Assembly: GCA_965207885.1 (NCBI GenBank)
Contig: OZ242311.1
Span: forward strand, 5,920,001-5,984,000
Direction of reading: 5' to 3'
From: Candidatus Latescibacterota bacterium
Lineage (GTDB): Bacteria > Latescibacterota > UBA2968
DNA: 64,000 bases
Made by a program: the position numbers and the translations under genes. Position 1 is the stretch's first letter. The number at the start of each line of letters is the position of its first letter. Shown one piece after another: positions 58,607-64,000 of this stretch. The notes beneath the pieces were generated by a model. The model saw only the letters and a list, made by a program, of their open reading frames with translations. It made no database searches and was not told the origin of the DNA.

Positions 58607-59341
58607 TCACATCCCAAGTTCGATGCGTTCGGCCAAAAAAGGCGGAAGTCCCGCGGATAGAATTTTGGCCTGTGCTGTCGCCACATCGTAAGACACGCGG
58701 CGCAATTGGAGGTTCCCATTTTCCCGGTCCCATACGACAAAAGCCGCCCGCGCATCGCCGTCGCGAGGTTGTCCTACACTGCCGACATTTACGAGATAGC
58801 GATCATTGTCGGACAACTGCACTTCTCCTTCGCGCGTAAGCACTGTTTTTTGAGATGCCGAACACACAAATGCACGGTGAGAATGCCCGACAAAACACAT
58901 CTCGAAATTAGTTTGAGCGAGCATTGACCAGCCATCTTCGGGATCGAATAAATAGTGCCACAACTCGGGTTCAATTGGCGAAGCGTGGGCATAACAATAA
59001 GCAGATTCATTTTGAAAGGGTTGGTAAGAACGCAATAGCGAGGCGTTCTCATCACTCAGCATTTGAACGGTCCATTGTATTGCCGCCAGTGCCACGGGGT
59101 TGAAAAACCCCGGATCTTCCAAGCCCACAGCTGCCCAATCGTGATTGCCCGCCAGCACGAGGTCCGATACTTCGCGCACGCGCTCTATACACATATTGGG
59201 GTCTGCGCCGTATCCGACCATATCGCCCAAACAAATAATCCGATCCACCTGTGCTTCTGCAATTTTTTCCAGCACGGTTTGCAAGGCTTCGAGGTTCCCG
59301 TGTACATCTGAAAAAATTGCAATGCGTCCAATATTATCCAT
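58607..59341 (-). CDS. Metallophosphoesterase family protein
   Basis: SDVHGN, GDMVGYG, GNHD, GHSH, NVGSVGQPRD. Confidence 0.92.
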   Translation of the reverse strand: MDNIGRIAIFSDVHGNLEALQTVLEKIAEAQVDRIICLGDMVGYGADPNMCIERVREVSDLVLAGNHDWAAVGLEDPGFFNPVALAAIQWTVQMLSDENASLLRSYQPFQNESAYCYAHASPIEPELWHYLFDPEDGWSMLAQTNFEMCFVGHSHRAFVCSASQKTVLTREGEVQLSDNDRYLVNVGSVGQPRDGDARAAFVVWDRENGNLQLRRVSYDVATAQAKILSAGLPPFLAERIELGM

Positions 59342-59756
59342 TGGGTTGTTCCGCATTCATCCTGGACAGGGTATCGAGAATACCGTTGATAAAGTTAGAA
59401 GCATTGGCTTCGCTAAATTGCTTGGCCAGTTCTATGGCTTCGTCAATAGAGACTTTGTAGGGAATATCTTTGAAATAGCGCATTTCCGCAAGGGCCATCC
59501 AGAGCACGATGCGATCGATGCGCGAAACCCGGTCCAATGACCAATTTTCCAGTACGGGTTCAATAGATGCGTCCAGTTCTTCGCGGTGTTCCCAGGCTGT
59601 TTGAGCCAGATTGATCGCAAAATCCGAGGTTGATGCCGAAAGACGCGCGCGGATGCACATGGTCTGCGCTGTCTGTTGTACTGGATCGCCCACACTTGCA
59701 GTCCAATAAAGTGCTTGCAACGCAGCCTGACGCGCTTTGCGCCTCGATTTAATCAT
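59334..59756 (-). CDS. nusB: Transcription antitermination factor NusB
   Basis: [20 protein letters not shown]...[20 protein letters not shown]. Confidence 0.95.
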   Translation of the reverse strand: MIKSRRKARQAALQALYWTASVGDPVQQTAQTMCIRARLSASTSDFAINLAQTAWEHREELDASIEPVLENWSLDRVSRIDRIVLWMALAEMRYFKDIPYKVSIDEAIELAKQFSEANASNFINGILDTLSRMNAEQPNG

Positions 59757-60229
59757 TTTTCCGCCTCCCATGCGGCGATAACGCCAATCATTTCAATCGC
59801 GCCCAGAGCAGCTTCCCAGCCCTTATTCCCGGCTTTTGTTCCCGCCCGCTCAATCGCCTGTTCAATGGTGTCGGTTGTCAAAATGCCAAATATGGTGGGC
59901 ACACCTGTTTCGCGGCCAACGGACGCCACCCCTTTTGAGGCTTCGTTGCATACGTAGTCAAAATGTGGCGTGCTACCTCTGATTACTGCGCCCAGACAGA
60001 TCAGCGCGTCATATCGACCGCTTTGCGCCATTTTTTGTGCCATCGTGGGAATTTCAAAACTTCCCGGTACCCATACCACGTCTATGGCGTCTGTATCGCC
60101 ACCGTGTCGCGCAATACAATCGAGCGCACCGCCGAGCAATTCTTTGCTGATAAACGCATTGAATCGTCCCACCACAATGCCAAATCGCATGCCTTCTGCC
60201 GATAACTGACCTTCATAAACTCTGGGCAT
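59753..60229 (-). CDS. ribH: 6,7-dimethyl-8-ribityllumazine synthase
   Basis: [36 protein letters not shown]. Confidence 0.97.
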   Translation of the reverse strand: MPRVYEGQLSAEGMRFGIVVGRFNAFISKELLGGALDCIARHGGDTDAIDVVWVPGSFEIPTMAQKMAQSGRYDALICLGAVIRGSTPHFDYVCNEASKGVASVGRETGVPTIFGILTTDTIEQAIERAGTKAGNKGWEAALGAIEMIGVIAAWEAEK

Positions 60230-61463
60230 CACTATCTCCTTCATCGCCTAATTGCAATTCGTCCTCTTTAAATAAATGCCCCATCTTTTCCTGCTTGGTT
60301 CGCATATATGTCAAGTTCCACTTGTTGACCTGAATGGCGACCGGGATGCTGTCTATAATTTCTATTCCATACGCTTCTAATCCCACGCGCTTTGATGGAT
60401 TATTGGTGATGAGTAAGACTTTTCTGATTCCCAAATCCGACAAAATTTGCGCGCCAATGCCATAGTCTCGTTCGTCCATTTTAAATCCGAGTTTCAGGTT
60501 GGCCTCTACGGTATCATATCCCTCTTCCTGCAGTTTGTACGCGTGCAATTTTGCCCGCAGGCCAATACCCCGCCCTTCCTGCCGCATATACACCAGTGCC
60601 CCGCGTCCTTCTTTTTCGATCATCTCGAGTGCTGAGTGTAAGTTTTTTTCGCAGTCACAGCGCAATGAGCCGAGCGAGTCGCCCGTCAGGCATTCGGAGT
60701 GCATCCGCACCATTACGGGTGTATCGCCGGAAAGGTCGCCTTTTACCAGTGCGACGTGTTCGCGTTCATCTACGTCGCTTTCATACAGGTGTAATTGAAA
60801 TGCGCCAAATCGCGTGGGCATATCCACTTGCTCGACACAGCGCACCAGTTTTTCGGAGCGACGGCGATAGGCAATCAAATCGCGAATTGTCGTCACTTTC
60901 AAGCCAAATTGATCGGCAAGTTCCAAAAGCTGTGGCAAACGTGCCATGGTGCCGTCTTCATTCAGTATTTCACACAGTACACCGGCGGGATACAGGCCGG
61001 CCAAACGCGCCAGATCTACCGCTGCTTCTGTGTGTCCCGCTCGCCGCAAGACCCCGCCGGGCATTGCGCGGAGTGGAAAAATGTGACCTGGTCGGCCAAA
61101 GTTCTCAGACCGCGATTTGGGATCTACAAATTGTCGAATTGTTTCGGCGCGATCCTGTGCGGAGATACCGGTTGTCACGCCGTAGAGCGCGTCGATGCTC
61201 ACCGTGAATGGCGTGCCGTGAAGCGCTGTGTTGGTATTGACCATCATGTCCAGGTCGAGTTCTTTGAGGCGGTCGGGCGTTGCGGGCAAACAGATCAGTC
61301 CGCGTCCATGGCGCGCCATAAAATTAATGGCCTCAGATGTGACCTTTTCCGCCGCCATGATGAAATCGCCTTCGTTTTCCCGGTCTTCGTCATCGACCAC
61401 AATGACGATTTTTCCCGCTCGAATATCTTCGAGGGTGTCTTCGATTGTTGCGATTTTGCCCAT
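60213..61463 (-). CDS. ribBA: Bifunctional DHBP synthase / GTP cyclohydrolase II
   Basis: [42 protein letters not shown]. Confidence 0.97.
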   Translation of the reverse strand: MGKIATIEDTLEDIRAGKIVIVVDDEDRENEGDFIMAAEKVTSEAINFMARHGRGLICLPATPDRLKELDLDMMVNTNTALHGTPFTVSIDALYGVTTGISAQDRAETIRQFVDPKSRSENFGRPGHIFPLRAMPGGVLRRAGHTEAAVDLARLAGLYPAGVLCEILNEDGTMARLPQLLELADQFGLKVTTIRDLIAYRRRSEKLVRCVEQVDMPTRFGAFQLHLYESDVDEREHVALVKGDLSGDTPVMVRMHSECLTGDSLGSLRCDCEKNLHSALEMIEKEGRGALVYMRQEGRGIGLRAKLHAYKLQEEGYDTVEANLKLGFKMDERDYGIGAQILSDLGIRKVLLITNNPSKRVGLEAYGIEIIDSIPVAIQVNKWNLTYMRTKQEKMGHLFKEDELQLGDEGDSDAQSL

Positions 61464-61480
61464 ATATATCTCTCTGTAAA

Positions 61481-62125
61481 TTAACGGTCGCTCATCATCG
61501 CCCGAATGCGATCTTCCGTGAGCATATTTTTTCCATTCATAGGTTGCACCAATCGCTCCAGATAACGCGCGATTATATCCACTTCGATATTTACCCGGTC
61601 ACCCGGATATTTTTCCGATAATGTCGTAACTTTTAGTGTGTGCGGAATTGCCGCAATCGAAAAGGTGCGGTCGGTTACTGCAATTACTGTCAGGCTGATT
61701 CCATTGACGGTGATGGATCCTTTTTCGGCAATATAAGGGGCCAACTCAGGCGGTACTTCAAATTCAAATACAATTTGATCCGAAGATTCCGTTCGGCCTT
61801 TCACGTGGCCCACACCATCGATGTGTGCGGCTACGAGATGACCGTCGAGGCGGTCGCCGAGTTTTAAAGATCGCTCTAAATTAACGCGGTTGCCCACGCG
61901 ACAATCACCCAATGTGGTTCTTTGCAGTGTTTCTGCTATGGATTCGATCACAAATGTGTCGGCATCAAAATGTACGACGGTATGGCACGCACCTTCAATG
62001 GCAATGCTGTCGCCTATTTTTACGCCATTGAGAACTTGCTTTGCCGCTATGGTCGTGCGCTGATAATCCGCGCGCGATTCAATATGCCGAATCGTTCCCA
62101 CTTCCTCTACAATGCCAGTAAACAT
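61481..62125 (-). CDS. ribE: Riboflavin synthase alpha chain
   Basis: [36 protein letters not shown]. Confidence 0.96.
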   Translation of the reverse strand: MFTGIVEEVGTIRHIESRADYQRTTIAAKQVLNGVKIGDSIAIEGACHTVVHFDADTFVIESIAETLQRTTLGDCRVGNRVNLERSLKLGDRLDGHLVAAHIDGVGHVKGRTESSDQIVFEFEVPPELAPYIAEKGSITVNGISLTVIAVTDRTFSIAAIPHTLKVTTLSEKYPGDRVNIEVDIIARYLERLVQPMNGKNMLTEDRIRAMMSDR

Positions 62126-62823
62126 GATTGCTCAGCCGTTTTTGGACGTTTTTTTACGCGAGCAGTGAACAGAAAATCATTGCCGATGGATTCGACTTTT
62201 ACGTTTTCAAGTTCGATTGCATCGGTTATTGAAGTGATGTTTAAGGATCCGATTGCGGGTATGCCTGCACCCAGTATTTTGGGCGCAACAAATGCGGCTA
62301 TCCGATCTACCAGGCTCAGGCGCAATGCCGATGCAGCTACGCGACTGCCGCCTTCGATCAGGATGTGTCGCAATCCCATTTGAGCGGCTTTTTGCAAGAC
62401 TGCTTTCAAGTCTATTTGACCATTCAGTATTGGCAACTGCCAGACCTGCGCTCCTTTTTTTTTTCGTTCTTTTATCCGTTTTTTGCACACTTCTTCAGCG
62501 GTTGCTATAATCAGAGGTGCCCCGCCAAAAATTTTAGCGTTTAGTCCAATTTTTAGCTGAGAGTCCAGAACGATCTTTGTCGGGCTGCATCCATCGACAT
62601 ATCGCACGGATAATTCCGGGTCGTCGGCCATCACAGTGCCGCGCCCGACCAGAATTGCGTCGGCCTCTGCGCGAAGTTGATGTCCGCGCACCCGCGATGC
62701 TTTTGATGTGATCCACTTCGAGTCGCCCGTGCAGGTGGCGATGTTGCCGTCCAGTGTTTGCGCCAGCTTTAAGGTGACAAAAGGCAATCCGGTTGACCGG
62801 TATTTGGTTTCGTTTTCATTCAT
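62107..62823 (-). CDS. ribD: RibD C-terminal reductase domain only
   Basis: PFVTLKLAQTLDG, SKWIT, AILVG.GTV..DDP.L, IEGG; deaminase motifs HAE and PCxHxxxxxPC are absent. Confidence 0.85.
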   Translation of the reverse strand: MNENETKYRSTGLPFVTLKLAQTLDGNIATCTGDSKWITSKASRVRGHQLRAEADAILVGRGTVMADDPELSVRYVDGCSPTKIVLDSQLKIGLNAKIFGGAPLIIATAEEVCKKRIKERKKKGAQVWQLPILNGQIDLKAVLQKAAQMGLRHILIEGGSRVAASALRLSLVDRIAAFVAPKILGAGIPAIGSLNITSITDAIELENVKVESIGNDFLFTARVKKRPKTAEQSCLLAL

Positions 62824-64000
62824 TATTTCACTTCAAAAACGGTTTTTCCAACACCCACATTGCCCAGTGCATCTTCCGCTTTTACTACGAGTGTATAAGA
62901 GCCGGTTTTCAGATTTTGAATAGAGAAATTCAGTGTCTCTATTGGCGAGTCAAATATCTGGTCAGTGGGAAAGACCACCTTCCAATCGTCGGAATTGAGT
63001 GAGTAAGCTGCCTTGTGAATTGCAGTGGCAGCGTCCTGGATTGAACCGGTTACGCGTACTTTTTTGTCGATCTGCCTTATGTTGTGCAACTGCACAGTTG
63101 GTGCCGAATTATCAATTTCAAAGGGCGCGCTGACCGCCTCGGCTGTTAATTCGATGGGATTGTCCAATCTGTCTGATGCGACGACCTTAACTTCTACCGT
63201 GCCATCGGGAACAGCTTCGGTGTGCCAAAAATAATGTGAGGTCTTCAAGTCGTCTTTTAACAGCCGCCAGTTCGGTTCTCCAATACTTCTAAAATACAGG
63301 GTATAAATCAAGGCGTCGTCGTTGGCATCACCGGCAGTCCAATCAATTTTCCACACGCCTTTTTCCATAAATTCTGGATTTTCACCTTCGTTACCAGACA
63401 AGTCGGCCTCGGCTTTAACCCGTAATATTCTGGGATGAACATTGTCCTGCAGGCCCGCGAGTTTGATAGAACGCACCATTGGTGTCGCATCTTCTGATTG
63501 TGTCTTCAATATCAACCGATATTGCAAAAAACGCCCTGGGCGACTGGTAATGGGTTTTCCCGATGTGGTGATTGGCTCTGACCACGCGCTCCACGTATCG
63601 TCGGGTTCTTCGCTGTTGCCGGACCGCGTTTGAACAGCGACCAATGTTTCTGCTGGTGTTTCGCTTTGCCACGATACGCGCCCCCAATGCGATACCCGAT
63701 CAAAGTCATAAGGTTCAGAAGTGAGTTGTCCTTCTCTGGCAAATTCTTTTTCTATTCGATAAATTTCTCCTGATCCGCTGCATCCAATCCACATTGCATT
63801 ATTGTGCGCGGCAATCATTACCCAGGGATTTACATCTTTTAATTCTGCGAGCAAAGTGGCGTTGCCATCGGGCCAAACGCGATACACGCGCCCGTGTTTT
63901 CCCGTGACTACTTTTACTGTGCCGTCGGGATCTATTACAGAATCCAACAACATCGGGTCATCGGTGTTCCACAGTCGCATTGCCAATCCCGAAGGTCGGA
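62823..64000 (-). CDS. Hypothetical exported protein, beta-propeller/FN3-like (5' end outside the window)
   Basis: QTRSGNS..PDDTWSAWS, RFLQYR, DANDDAL.Y, PDG...KVVASD, DNSAP; frame open to the window end. Confidence 0.7.
   Translation of the reverse strand, partial: RPSGLAMRLWNTDDPMLLDSVIDPDGTVKVVTGKHGRVYRVWPDGNATLLAELKDVNPWVMIAAHNNAMWIGCSGSGEIYRIEKEFAREGQLTSEPYDFDRVSHWGRVSWQSETPAETLVAVQTRSGNSEEPDDTWSAWSEPITTSGKPITSRPGRFLQYRLILKTQSEDATPMVRSIKLAGLQDNVHPRILRVKAEADLSGNEGENPEFMEKGVWKIDWTAGDANDDALIYTLYFRSIGEPNWRLLKDDLKTSHYFWHTEAVPDGTVEVKVVASDRLDNPIELTAEAVSAPFEIDNSAPTVQLHNIRQIDKKVRVTGSIQDAATAIHKAAYSLNSDDWKVVFPTDQIFDSPIETLNFSIQNLKTGSYTLVVKAEDALGNVGVGKTVFEVK

Noticed and set aside
62800-62900. FMN riboswitch upstream of the rib genes
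   Set aside because: No intergenic space; ribD start overlaps the upstream stop and no RFN motif is visible

Overview
A ~52% GC bacterial chromosome segment with most genes on the minus strand. Gene content (PorV-like barrel, T9SS-type C-terminal domain, GWxTD proteins, two DUF6785/6784 proteins, dockerin-like remnant, long SecA) suggests an FCB-group organism such as Latescibacterota or Gemmatimonadota-like, possibly a sponge symbiont; this is inference. Housekeeping blocks: a TPR lipoprotein, split carB, nnr, two tRNA-Ser, gltX and tRNA-Gln at the left; groES/groEL, rhodanese, secA, nusB and the rib genes at the right. Between them are four accessory regions. (1) A small variable region after tRNA-Gln: heptad-repeat PD-(D/E)XK protein, NIPSNAP, DNase I-like lipoprotein and a PIN/TnpB chimeric remnant with an intact IS200/IS605 right end. 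(2) A ~24.5 kb co-oriented cell-envelope cluster: OM barrel, TonB receptor, CTD cargo, PorV, TMTC-like mannosyltransferase, MTase-GT2, two TPR-GWxTD proteins, DUF6785 transporter, a toxin-antitoxin insert and a giant M28-pseudopeptidase/FtsX fusion. This is the best candidate for an undescribed system. (3) A putative glycan-utilisation locus: heparinase II/III-like protein, unknown protein, isochorismatase, SSS symporter and a divergent DUF6785. (4) A lower-GC patch with an orphan dockerin remnant, next to a P450. Intergenic DNA holds six copies of a 33-bp palindromic element and 7/8-bp inverted tandem repeats that supply the stop codons of five genes. All family calls come from motif recognition by eye; no database searches were run.
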